This document shows, in pieces, positions 15,448 through 24,123 of a DNA stretch of 32,000 nucleotides. Where the stretch lies: NCBI RefSeq assembly GCF_000284115.1, contig NC_017080.1, forward strand, positions 1,350,001 to 1,382,000, given 5' to 3'. The translations under genes were made by a program, and so were the position numbers. The DNA is from Phycisphaera mikurensis NBRC 102666. Its GTDB lineage: Bacteria; Planctomycetota; Phycisphaerae; Phycisphaerales; Phycisphaeraceae. The notes below the pieces were generated by a model, which saw only the letters and a program-made list of their open reading frames with translations, ran no database searches and had not been told where the DNA came from. How positions within the stretch are numbered: the first letter of the stretch is position 1; each line of letters opens with the position of its first letter.

Positions 15448-18063
15448 TCAGGAATCCGCGGACCGGACGCTCATCGGGTCCGCGGTGGCGGCGGTGCGCG
15501 GCTCGGTCGCCTCCCGGCGCCCGCGGCCGGAGAAGGCGTTGGCGCTGAAGAGGCGCGGCCCGGCCGCGGGCACGCCGGCTCGCTCGCGGGCGAGGGGAAA
15601 GCGGAAGAGCGCGGTTTCGCCGGGGAGCAGCGTGCGGGTCTGCTCGTCGGCGGGCGCGTCGGCGAGGGACGGTCCGGGGTCGACGACGGCGTCGCGGAGC
15701 AGCGTGTGCGCGGTGACGGTCACGGCGAGCGTGCCGGCGGAGCGCTCGGCGGCGAGGTCGAAGCGCGGCTCTGGCAGGTGCATCGCGTGGTCGGGCGCGG
15801 GGGCCCAGACGCGGCGGCCAAGCGTCGGGTCGTCGGCGACGACGAGGCCGCCGCTCTCCTGCGCGGCGGCGGTCAGCTCCGCGGGCACCGCAGCGCGGAG
15901 CAGGATCTCCGCCGTGGCCGCGGGGTCGGCTCGCAGCGGGACGTCGGCCGAAGCGAGCTCCTCGCCCGCGGCGTCGACGGCGCGGAGACGCACGGGCACC
16001 CCGCGGCTCCAGCCGGCTGGAGCGAAGCGGACGAACGCGAGGTTCGCGGGGTCGTTTTCCGCCGCGAGCAATGCGGCCGCGTGATCGCCCATCGACCGCC
16101 GGCTCCCGTACCAGGCGAGCTTCCGGCGGCCGAAGAAGTCGATCACCGACCAGCTGACCGCGGGCCAGCTGTCCTGCAGCTGCCAGACGAGCGTCCCCGA
16201 GCAGCGTGGTTGTAGCGAGCGGTACCAGCCGGCGCCCAGCTCCACCGCCCGGCTCTGCATCAGCTGCGTGGCGTACACCCAGGCGTCGAGCGCGAGGGGC
16301 GGATCGTCCGGGCCCGGCACGGCGGCCCGGCCGAAGACCTCGTCCAGCCGGGCCTCCATCTTCGCCCGCCCGCGGGTCGCCATGAGGAAGCCCCAGGCCG
16401 CCTCGGAGCGGTCGGCCTCGGGCACGCCCGGCGTCGCCCACCGCAGCGTCTGGGCGTGCGCCGCGCCGCAGAAGCCGAACTCCGCGGCGAAGCGCGGGCG
16501 GGTCCGCAGGTACGCCTCGCCGGGCTCGCGGTTCCACGCGTCCCAGGGGTGCTGCGGGCCGTGGTTCTCGTCGTCGGCGGGGGAGCCGAGCGAACGGCCG
16601 CTGGGGCTGTTGATGACGTACGCGCTGCCCGGTGAGCGCTCGGCGACGGCCTCGGGCAGCAGCTCGCCGTAGAAGCCCTCGCCCCAGCCGGTGTCGCCGA
16701 CGGCCTCGGCCCAGCCCGGCTGCGAGCGGTGGAACCACAGGCACTCGTTGCCGCCGCACCACAGCGCGAGGCTCGGCCGCCACGCGAGGCGGTCGGCGAG
16801 GTGCGTGGCTTCCTCCCGCACCTCCCCGGCCAGCTGCGCCTCGTCGTACATCGCGCAGGCGAAGGGGAAGTCCTGCCAGACGAGGATCCCCTCCTCGTCG
16901 CAGCGGTCGAAGAAGGCGTCGCTCTCGGCCACGCCGCCGCCCCAGACCCGGATCGCGTTCGCGCCCGCGGCGAGTGCCTCGTCGAGGCGCGCCTGCGTGG
17001 TGGCCGGATCCACCCGATCGAGCAGCGTGTCGCTGGGGATCCAGTTGAAGCCGCGGCAGAAGACCTCGCGGCCGTTGACCCTCACCGCGAAGCGGGTGCC
17101 CGCGGCGGGTTCCGCGGGGTCGTCGGGGCTTCGGTCGATCTCGACGGTGCGGAGGCCGACGCGGCGGGTCACGGTTCCGTCGGCCGTCCGGGCTCGGAGC
17201 GTGGCGGTGAGTTCGTACAGCGGCTGTTCCCCGCAGCCCCGCGGCCACCACCACGCCGGCTCGCGCACGCGCAGCGTGGCCGTGGCGACGCCGTCGTCAC
17301 CGAGCGTCGCCTCGCCCGCCGCGACCACGCCACGGGTCGGATCGCTCAGCCGCAGCCGCACACGCTCTCCCGCCGCGTTGGATCCGCGGACCGTGGCGGA
17401 AACGACCGCGTTTCGCCCACGGTCCGCGGATTCCGTGGAGACCGCGAGCGCATCGATCCGGGCGGCGTCGCGCGGCCGCAGCGTCACCGCACCCGACAGC
17501 CCGCACGTGTCCAGCGGCGGAGCCCAATCCCAGCCGAAGCCACAGGCCATCTTGCGGACGCCGTTGTACGGCGTGATGCCCGGCATCGCGATGGGGTGCG
17601 GGCCCTCGGCGGCGGCAACCGCGGAGCCGGTCGGCGGAGCGAAGCGGACCTCCAGCGTGTTGCGCCGCCGGAGCCTCTCCCCGAGATCGAAAGCGTGCGG
17701 CCGGAAGCCGTTCTCGCAGCGGCCGAGCGACCCGCCGTTGAGCAGGACCTCCGCGGGCCCGTCGACGCCGGCAAGAACCAGCTCCAGGGCTGGGCCGTCG
17801 GGGTCGGCCGCGAAGCGTCGCGTCCACGACCAGCCGCAACGGCCGATCCAGCGGAGCTTCTCCCACGCTCCTCCGCGATAGGGCTCGTCGATGAGTTCCG
17901 CGGCGAGCAGCGCTGTGTGGACGCTGGCCGGCGCGTCGGTGGTCACCTCCGCCGAGCGGACCTCGGGCGGGGCGGCATCGCCGGAGCAACGCAGAGCCCA
18001 ACCGGCGGACAGATCGGCCGGCGCGGCGGCGGCATCCACGGACGGAAGAGCCGCCACCGTCAC
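15448..18063 (-). CDS. GH2-family beta-mannosidase-like glycoside hydrolase
   Basis: YNGVRKMACGFGWDWAPPLDTCG, FNWIPSDTLLDRV, NAIRVWGGGVAESDAFFDRCDEEGILVWQDFPFACAMY, LWCGGNE motifs. GTG start gives a 4-bp GTGA overlap with the 18060 stop of the upstream gene. Confidence 0.9.
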   Translation of the reverse strand: MTVAALPSVDAAAAPADLSAGWALRCSGDAAPPEVRSAEVTTDAPASVHTALLAAELIDEPYRGGAWEKLRWIGRCGWSWTRRFAADPDGPALELVLAGVDGPAEVLLNGGSLGRCENGFRPHAFDLGERLRRRNTLEVRFAPPTGSAVAAAEGPHPIAMPGITPYNGVRKMACGFGWDWAPPLDTCGLSGAVTLRPRDAARIDALAVSTESADRGRNAVVSATVRGSNAAGERVRLRLSDPTRGVVAAGEATLGDDGVATATLRVREPAWWWPRGCGEQPLYELTATLRARTADGTVTRRVGLRTVEIDRSPDDPAEPAAGTRFAVRVNGREVFCRGFNWIPSDTLLDRVDPATTQARLDEALAAGANAIRVWGGGVAESDAFFDRCDEEGILVWQDFPFACAMYDEAQLAGEVREEATHLADRLAWRPSLALWCGGNECLWFHRSQPGWAEAVGDTGWGEGFYGELLPEAVAERSPGSAYVINSPSGRSLGSPADDENHGPQHPWDAWNREPGEAYLRTRPRFAAEFGFCGAAHAQTLRWATPGVPEADRSEAAWGFLMATRGRAKMEARLDEVFGRAAVPGPDDPPLALDAWVYATQLMQSRAVELGAGWYRSLQPRCSGTLVWQLQDSWPAVSWSVIDFFGRRKLAWYGSRRSMGDHAAALLAAENDPANLAFVRFAPAGWSRGVPVRLRAVDAAGEELASADVPLRADPAATAEILLRAAVPAELTAAAQESGGLVVADDPTLGRRVWAPAPDHAMHLPEPRFDLAAERSAGTLAVTVTAHTLLRDAVVDPGPSLADAPADEQTRTLLPGETALFRFPLARERAGVPAAGPRLFSANAFSGRGRREATEPRTAATADPMSVRSADS
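15456..15501. repeat. 46-bp palindromic element, degenerate, at the 3' end of the beta-mannosidase gene
   Basis: CCGCGGACCGG-N24-GCGGTGCGCGG (10/11 and 9/11 arms). Confidence 0.5.
17384..17429. repeat. 46-bp palindromic element, perfect arms, inside the beta-mannosidase CDS
   Basis: CCGCGGACCGT-N24-ACGGTCCGCGG. Encodes SADRGRNAVVSATVRGS. Confidence 0.88.
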
Positions 18064-19007
18064 GACGCGACCGCTCCGAGCGATGCGTCCACCGCCGTCT
18101 GCGCCCGCTCCAGCAGCTTCCTGACCTTCGGCCGGTCTTCGGGCTTGAAGCCCTCGTACGGCATCGCGAGGCCGCCGCCGCACACGCCCAGCTCCGCGAG
18201 TGCCCCCTTCACCGACTTGATGAACGACGATCCGTGCTGACCCACCCGGTACAGCGTCGCGGAGATCTCCATCACGACGCCGTGCAGCCGCCGGACCCCC
18301 GCCAGGTCGCCCGCCGCGGCCGCTTCGTACAACGCCACGAACAGCGCCGGGAACAGATTCGCCCCGCCCGCCACCCCGCCATCGGCACCGAAGAGCACCG
18401 CCTCGCCGAGCAGCTCCTCGGGCCCCACGAGCACCTTGAAGCCCGGCCGATTCGCGTCCCGCTCGCGGATGACCTCGTGCAGCGTGACCATCCGGCCGGA
18501 GCTGTCCTTGAAGCCGACGAAGCGGTCGAGCGTCATCGCGTGACGCACCGCCTCGGGCGGCACCGCGCCCGTGCGCGACGGGATGTCGTAGAGGAAGACC
18601 GGCAGCGGCGACGCGTCCGCCACCGCGTCGAGGTAGTGGATCAACTCCGGCCCCGCCGTCGGGCTGTACGGCGGCGGCGCCAGCACCGTCGCCGCCGCGC
18701 CCGCCTCCGCCGCGTGGATGGACAGCTCCCGCACGCCGTCGAAGCTCGCGTCCGTCACGCCCACCAGCACCGGCAGCCGGCCCGCCGCCGCCTCGGTGGC
18801 CGTTGTCACGACGCTCTTCTTCTGCTCCATCGACAACGCCGGCCCCTCGCCGGTCGTTCCCAACACGAACAGCCCGTGCACGCCGCCGCCGATCACCCGC
18901 TCGACCACGGCCGCGAGCCCGTCGCGATCGACCCGGCCATCAGGCCCGCAGGGCGTGACCAGCGGCGGGATCACGCCGGTGCCAAGAGAGGGGGCGGGGT
19001 TGCTCAT
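18060..19007 (-). CDS. dihydrodipicolinate synthase / N-acetylneuraminate lyase family aldolase
   Basis: GVIPPLVTPCGPDGRVD...GVHGLFVLGTTGEGPALS...PVFLYDIPSRTG...FVGFKDSSG. Confidence 0.9.
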   Translation of the reverse strand: MSNPAPSLGTGVIPPLVTPCGPDGRVDRDGLAAVVERVIGGGVHGLFVLGTTGEGPALSMEQKKSVVTTATEAAAGRLPVLVGVTDASFDGVRELSIHAAEAGAAATVLAPPPYSPTAGPELIHYLDAVADASPLPVFLYDIPSRTGAVPPEAVRHAMTLDRFVGFKDSSGRMVTLHEVIRERDANRPGFKVLVGPEELLGEAVLFGADGGVAGGANLFPALFVALYEAAAAGDLAGVRRLHGVVMEISATLYRVGQHGSSFIKSVKGALAELGVCGGGLAMPYEGFKPEDRPKVRKLLERAQTAVDASLGAVAS

Positions 19008-19027
19008 GCCCTGGAATACTACAGGGC
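19008..19027 (-). promoter_or_regulatory. TRGTATWC motif with 6-bp inverted arms, directly upstream of the aldolase start and overlapping the symporter stop
   Basis: GCCCTG-GAATACTA-CAGGGC. Confidence 0.45.
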
Positions 19028-20569
19028 CGCCGCGTCGTCGGCATCCCGCTCCTCGACCGGCAGCTCCCGGCTCCCGCTCCGCGGCCAGATGAAGCTCAGC
19101 GCGTACGCCACCACCATCAGCGTGACGTTGGACACCACGCCCACCCAGTAGGTGTGAACCGGGATCTGCCAGCTCGCCGGCAGCCAGCCAGCGAGCACGA
19201 CGCCGTACCAGACCTTCACCCCGACCGCGATCGGCAGCGCCAGGAGCAGCGCCTTGGGCCCCACCCGCGGCACGAAGATCGCCAGCAGGAAAATGCCGCC
19301 GACCACGCCGCCGAAGATCGACGCGATGCGGCGGGTGAGGTCCACCACGCTCTCCATCTCCAGCGTCGCGATCACCAGCGCGATGCCGATCATCGCCGCC
19401 CCCGCCGCGGCGGAGAGCAGCTTCGCGTAGAGGAGGAACTGCTTCTCCGTCGCTCCCGGCGTCAGGTACCGCCGCAGCACGTCGGTCGTCCCGATCGTCG
19501 AGACCGCGTTGATCGAGGAGTCCAGCGAGGACATGCTCGCCGCGATGATCGCCGCGACGATCAGCCCGGTCACCCCCACCGGCAGGTAATGCAGCGTGAA
19601 GTGCGGGACGATCTCTTCAGGCGTCATCGCCGCGAGCCCCGGATCGGGCAGGGCGTTGTAGAAGCTCCAGAGCAGCGTGCCGACCAGGTAGAAGAAGGTC
19701 CACGTGGGGATCGAGAGCAAGAGCGAGATCCACACCGCCTTCTGCGCCTCCCGCTTCGAGCTCGCGGCGATGTACCGCTGCACCACCGTCTGGTTGCTGC
19801 AGTTGTTCGCGATCGCGTCGAAGGTGCCCACGAACAGGAGCGTCCAGAAGGTCCGCTCCTGCAGGTTCCACCCGAAGCTGCCGACGCTGAACTTGTCCGC
19901 GTGCCACGCCCGGCTCAAGCCGCCGCCGAGGCCGTCGGGCATCTCGAAGGCGATGTAGCCGAAGATCACGATCGCCCCGCCCCAGAGCACGAAGGTCTGC
20001 ACGACGTCGGTCCAGATCACCACCTCGATGCCGCCGAACACCGTGTAGAGCAGGATGAACAGCCCGCCGAGCACGATCACCCAGACGATGGGCACGTCCA
20101 GCAGCACCGAGATCGTCACCGACACCAGGAACAGCACCGTGCCGATGCGCAGCAGCTGGAAGAGCATCACCGTGAGCGCGCAGTAGAGCCGGCTGAAGCG
20201 GCCCAGCCGAGCCTCCAAAAACTCGTACGCCGTCGTGTACGGCAGCGCCCGGAACAGCGGGACGAAGACGAAAACCGCCACCAGCATGCCGATGATGACC
20301 GCGTAGTTGGCGACCAGCAGCCGCCAGTCCAGCGCAAACGCGGCGGCGGGCAGGGCGATGAAGGAGATCGAGCTGATCGAGGTGCCGATCAGCGACAGGC
20401 CCACCGCCCAGCCGGGCACGTTGCGGCCGCCGAGGAAGTAGCCCTCGGTGTCGGCGTTCCGCCGGCCGAACCAGACCGCGAAGGCGGCGGTGGCCAAGAA
20501 ATACGCCCCGATCACGACCAGGTCGATCGCGGGCAGCGTGGCGGCGAGCAGCGGCGGAGGCACGGGCAA
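19019..20569 (-). CDS. sodium:solute symporter (SSS) family transporter
   Basis: Multi-TM protein: DTEGYFLGGRNVPGWAVGLSLIGTSISSISFIALP...VFGGIEVVIWTDVVQTFVLWGGA...AIIAASMSSLDSSINAVST. Confidence 0.93.
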   Translation of the reverse strand: MPVPPPLLAATLPAIDLVVIGAYFLATAAFAVWFGRRNADTEGYFLGGRNVPGWAVGLSLIGTSISSISFIALPAAAFALDWRLLVANYAVIIGMLVAVFVFVPLFRALPYTTAYEFLEARLGRFSRLYCALTVMLFQLLRIGTVLFLVSVTISVLLDVPIVWVIVLGGLFILLYTVFGGIEVVIWTDVVQTFVLWGGAIVIFGYIAFEMPDGLGGGLSRAWHADKFSVGSFGWNLQERTFWTLLFVGTFDAIANNCSNQTVVQRYIAASSKREAQKAVWISLLLSIPTWTFFYLVGTLLWSFYNALPDPGLAAMTPEEIVPHFTLHYLPVGVTGLIVAAIIAASMSSLDSSINAVSTIGTTDVLRRYLTPGATEKQFLLYAKLLSAAAGAAMIGIALVIATLEMESVVDLTRRIASIFGGVVGGIFLLAIFVPRVGPKALLLALPIAVGVKVWYGVVLAGWLPASWQIPVHTYWVGVVSNVTLMVVAYALSFIWPRSGSRELPVEERDADDAAAL

Positions 20570-20645
20570 GAGCGGGCTCGGAATCGAAGAGGTGGAGCCG
20601 CCGGCGACGTCGGCGGCGCGGGTGCAGACCGCGGGCGTCGGGGCG

Positions 20646-21479
20646 TCACCGCGGCTCGGCGACGGCCGGCGTGCCCGATCCCGCCGCGTGGTGCGCGGCG
20701 ATGCGGTCCTCCGGCAGCCCCTCCGCGTAGAACGCGACCTCGTCGATCCGGCCGTGGTGGCCGTTGGTCGCCCCGCCCTCGCCGTCGAGCACGGCCCCGA
20801 TGCCGGCGGGCCGCTCGCCGGGTTGGAACGTGTCCGCCTGGAACGCGACGGAGGACTCGTCGACCCGTTCGCCGTTGAAGTACGTGGTGATCGTCTTCCC
20901 GGCGAAGTCGACCACGCCCGCCACGTGGACGAAGCCGCCGGCGTGCGGAGCGAGCTTCACATACTGCCCCGCCTGGAAGCCGTCGCCGCCGATCGACCGG
21001 CCGCCGATCCGCAGGCGGCCGTTGCGGATGGAGGCGTTCACGCCGGTGGTGATGCCGCCGCCCTTGGCGGTGCCGACGAAGACCGGCGTGAGGTTCTGGT
21101 TCTTGAAGCCCGAGAGGACGTCGGAAGTGACCTCCAGCCAGAACTCCAGCGTCACCGCCGACGCGCCCGCCAGCGATCGCGTGAGGCCGGTACCGAGGCG
21201 CACCACGCCGCCCTCGCCGCGGTCGAAAGCCGCGGCGGAATTGCTCGGGCCGAAGCCGCCCGCCTCGGGTCCGTCGACGCCGAGGTCCACGCCGGTCTCG
21301 CTCGCCTCGCCCGCACGATCGCTTGCGGCGTTCCCGACCTCGGATCCCGACGTTTCGCTGAACCGGTAGAACGCCACCGGCTCGTCAAAGAGCACGGCGT
21401 CGGCGTACTCCGGAGCGGCCGACGCCAGCGGGGCGGCGGCGAGAGCGAGGGCGGCAAGGGGGGAACGGAGGTCGATCAT
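20646..21479 (-). CDS. secreted LamG/concanavalin-like lectin-domain protein
   Basis: Signal peptide; VAFYRFSETSG...SAVTLEFWLEV...GFVHVAGVVDFAGKTITTYFNGERVD...GRIDEVAFYAEGLPEDRIAAH. Confidence 0.82.
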   Translation of the reverse strand: MIDLRSPLAALALAAAPLASAAPEYADAVLFDEPVAFYRFSETSGSEVGNAASDRAGEASETGVDLGVDGPEAGGFGPSNSAAAFDRGEGGVVRLGTGLTRSLAGASAVTLEFWLEVTSDVLSGFKNQNLTPVFVGTAKGGGITTGVNASIRNGRLRIGGRSIGGDGFQAGQYVKLAPHAGGFVHVAGVVDFAGKTITTYFNGERVDESSVAFQADTFQPGERPAGIGAVLDGEGGATNGHHGRIDEVAFYAEGLPEDRIAAHHAAGSGTPAVAEPR

Positions 21480-21523
21480 CGGGATGCAGGAGGAGGGGAA
21501 GGGCGGCCACATGCCGCGCCTAA

Positions 21524-21533
21524 TGGTATACCA
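21524..21533 (-). promoter_or_regulatory. perfect palindrome TGGTATACCA upstream of the LamG gene
   Basis: 10-bp perfect palindrome, 45 bp from the 21479 start. Confidence 0.55.
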
Positions 21534-21573
21534 CATGCGAGCGGCGGCGACCCCGGATCCTCAGGCTCCTTTC

Positions 21574-21619
21574 CCGCGGACCGTCGAGCGAATCCAGCTC
21601 AAAGCCCCAGCGTCCGCGG
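21574..21619. repeat. 46-bp palindromic element
   Basis: CCGCGGACCGT-N24-AGCGTCCGCGG (second arm 9/11). Confidence 0.7.
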
Positions 21620-21754
21620 CGACCTCTGCAGGCCGGGGCCACCGCCCGGACGTGCCGGCATTCGCGGCAACGCTGAACCTCCGACGGCGTGTGCGGGTTG
21701 CACGGTCGGCACGCCGGAGCCCCTCGGGCTCCACGTCGGGGCGGCAGCCCTGAT

Positions 21755-23155
21755 CTACGGCGAGGCCTCCATCGCGAGGAAGCCGTTGATCGCGGCGCCC
21801 AGCCGTGCCTCGGCCTCCGCTCCCGCCGGCTCGCCCGCGAGGTCGTGCAGCTGGTTGGCGTCTGCGACCCGGTCGAACAGCTGCGTCCCCCGCGGCGTCG
21901 GGTCGCCCGGGCCGGCGTGGTAGCGGGCGAGGGTCCAGCGGCCGTCGGTCGCGCAGGTGAGGTGGATCGGCGGGTCGTGGGGCTTGTGTCCCGCGCCAAG
22001 CCCGGAGTTGCGGTACGCGTTGATCGCGATTTCCCGACGCCGACACCCCAGCGGGTCGATGGCGTCGGGCAGCTCCGCGTCCACGCCCGCGGCGTGGAGC
22101 AGCGTGGCCGTCAGGTCATTGAGCTGGATCGGCCCTGCATGCCGCATCCCCGCCTCCACGCGGCCCGGCCAGCGCACGATCGCGGGCACCCGCAGGTTCG
22201 CGTCGTAAACCACCGGGCCCTTGACCAGCAGCCCGTGGTCGCCGAGCAGGTCGCCGTGGTCGGAGAGGAACAGCACGAGCGTCTCCTCCGCGAGCCCGCG
22301 GGCGTCGAGATGCGTGAGCAGCCGACCCACGAGGTCGTCGATCATCCCGACCTCCGCGTGGTAGCCCGTCCGCATCCGCCGGACCTGCTCGTCCGTCATC
22401 TCCGCGTAGTCGCCGAAGTAGTTGTCGCGGGCGTGCCGGGCGACGCCCGGCGGGACGGTGCCCGGCGCCGGCGGCGGGATCGGCGGGGGCAGCGCCGCCT
22501 CGTCCACCCGGGCCTCCGCCTCCGGCGGGTGGTCGTCGTAAGGATTGTGCGGGTCGAAGACGCTGACCATGAGAAACCACGGCCGGCCACCGCCGCCCTC
22601 CGCGTCGAGGAACGCCGCCGCCCGCTCCGCCGCCCAAGCGTTCATGTGGACCTCCGCCGGGATCGGCCCCGCCGCCTTCTCGTGCTCCACCAGCAGCTGG
22701 TAGACGTCCGGCCGACGCGCCTCCACCCACGGCGCGTACGCATTCAGCGGCGAGCCCATCATCGCCCCGCCCCCGTAGTAGAGGTCGTAGACGTCGAAGC
22801 CGTCGTGTGGATGACGCCGCCGCGACTCGATGGCCCCCGACTGCGCGTGCAGCTTCCCGACCAGCCCGGTGCGGTAGCCCGCTCCTCGCAGCCGCTCGGG
22901 GAAGAGGACCTCTTCGGGGTCCAGCTCGCCGTCGATCGTCTCCACCTGGTGCCGCGGCAGGTGGTGCCCGGTCAGGAACGACGCCCGGCTGGGCGTGCAG
23001 ATCGGGTTCGTGCACCACGCGTTCTCGAACAGCACGCCGCTTTGCGCGAGGCCGTCAAGGTGCGGCGTGGCCACCGCGTGGTTGCCCAGGCAGCCAAGCG
23101 AGTCCGCCCGCTGCTGGTCGGTCATGATGACGAGCAGGTTGGGGCGGGCGGGCAT
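21755..23155 (-). CDS. sulfatase (S1 family)
   Basis: MPARPNLLVIMTDQQRADSLGCLGN...NPICTPSRASFLTGHHLPRH...FLSDHGDLLGDHG. Confidence 0.94.
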   Translation of the reverse strand: MPARPNLLVIMTDQQRADSLGCLGNHAVATPHLDGLAQSGVLFENAWCTNPICTPSRASFLTGHHLPRHQVETIDGELDPEEVLFPERLRGAGYRTGLVGKLHAQSGAIESRRRHPHDGFDVYDLYYGGGAMMGSPLNAYAPWVEARRPDVYQLLVEHEKAAGPIPAEVHMNAWAAERAAAFLDAEGGGGRPWFLMVSVFDPHNPYDDHPPEAEARVDEAALPPPIPPPAPGTVPPGVARHARDNYFGDYAEMTDEQVRRMRTGYHAEVGMIDDLVGRLLTHLDARGLAEETLVLFLSDHGDLLGDHGLLVKGPVVYDANLRVPAIVRWPGRVEAGMRHAGPIQLNDLTATLLHAAGVDAELPDAIDPLGCRRREIAINAYRNSGLGAGHKPHDPPIHLTCATDGRWTLARYHAGPGDPTPRGTQLFDRVADANQLHDLAGEPAGAEAEARLGAAINGFLAMEASP

Positions 23156-23160
23156 CCCTG

Positions 23161-23171
23161 TTGGGATACCA
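23161..23171 (-). promoter_or_regulatory. weak TRGTATWC-like motif directly upstream of the sulfatase start
   Basis: TTGGGATACCA (minus strand TGGTATCCCAA). Confidence 0.3.
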
Positions 23172-23195
23172 GAACCTCCGCCCGCCCGCCGTCGT

Positions 23196-23834
23196 TCAAC
23201 CCTTCGCGGCGGCGTGCTTCTCGCCGACCTTGTCCCAGTCGATCACGGAGAAGAAGGCCTCGATGTAGTCGGGCCGGCGGTTCTGGTAGTGCAGGTAGTA
23301 GGCGTGCTCCCACACGTCGAGGCCCAGCACGGGGTGATGGCCCTCCCCGTGCCCGCCGAAGGCGGGGGGCATGAAGGTGGTGTCCTGATTCGCCGTGCTC
23401 GTGACGTGGAGCTTGCCGCCGGGCTGCACGCAGAGCCACGCCCAGCCGGAGCCGAAGCGGCTGGCCGCGGCATCGCTGAAGGACTTCTTGAAGTCGGCGA
23501 AGCCGCCGAAGTCGCGCTCGATGGCTTCCGCCAGCTCGCCGGAGGGGGCGTTGTTCTCGCTGGGAGCCTTCAGCGTCGTGAAGAACAGGTCGTGGTTGAA
23601 GTACCCGCCGCCGTTGTTGCGGACGGCGGTCTGCTTGCCCTCGGGGAGCTGATCGAGCTTCGCGAGGATCTCCTCAACGGACCTGTCCGCCCACTCGGTG
23701 CCCTCGAGCGCCGCAGTCAGCTTGGAGGCGTATCCGGCGAAGTGCTTGCTGTAGTGGACCTCCATCGTGCGGGCGTCGATCGCCGGCTCGAGCGCGTCGT
23801 AGGCGTAGGTGAGGCTGGGGAGGGAGAAGGCCAT
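23196..23834 (-). CDS. sodA/sodB: Fe/Mn superoxide dismutase
   Basis: MAFSLPSLTYAYDALEPAIDARTMEVHYSKHFAGY...NNGGGYFNHDLFF...GSGWAWL...LDVWEHAYYLHYQNRRPDYIEAFF. Confidence 0.96.
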   Translation of the reverse strand: MAFSLPSLTYAYDALEPAIDARTMEVHYSKHFAGYASKLTAALEGTEWADRSVEEILAKLDQLPEGKQTAVRNNGGGYFNHDLFFTTLKAPSENNAPSGELAEAIERDFGGFADFKKSFSDAAASRFGSGWAWLCVQPGGKLHVTSTANQDTTFMPPAFGGHGEGHHPVLGLDVWEHAYYLHYQNRRPDYIEAFFSVIDWDKVGEKHAAAKG

Positions 23835-24123
23835 GGTTGACTCCGGGTTCGGGGGAGAAGGCGCCGCCGGAGAGGGTCCGGCGGACTCCCGCGAGGGTAC
23901 GGCTCGCCGACGCTCGCCGCCCGGGAGGCCGCCCGCGGCGCCGCCCCCGGCCGCCGCGAACGGTTTGAACGAATTTTTCTCGATTTCGCGGCCTCCTGCG
24001 AACCCGGCTGTGCCCTAGTAAGTAGGATGCAGCTCCCGGGTGCCGTCTGAAGCTGAGGGTTTGCCCTCTGCCCGACGACGGTCCCGCTCCCCCTGAACCC
24101 GTTTCCTGCCCCCGGAAACCCCC

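Noticed and set aside
19154-20878. 574-aa plus ORF opposite the SSS symporter
   Set aside because: Antisense His/Arg-rich shadow of a clearly transmembrane-coding frame.
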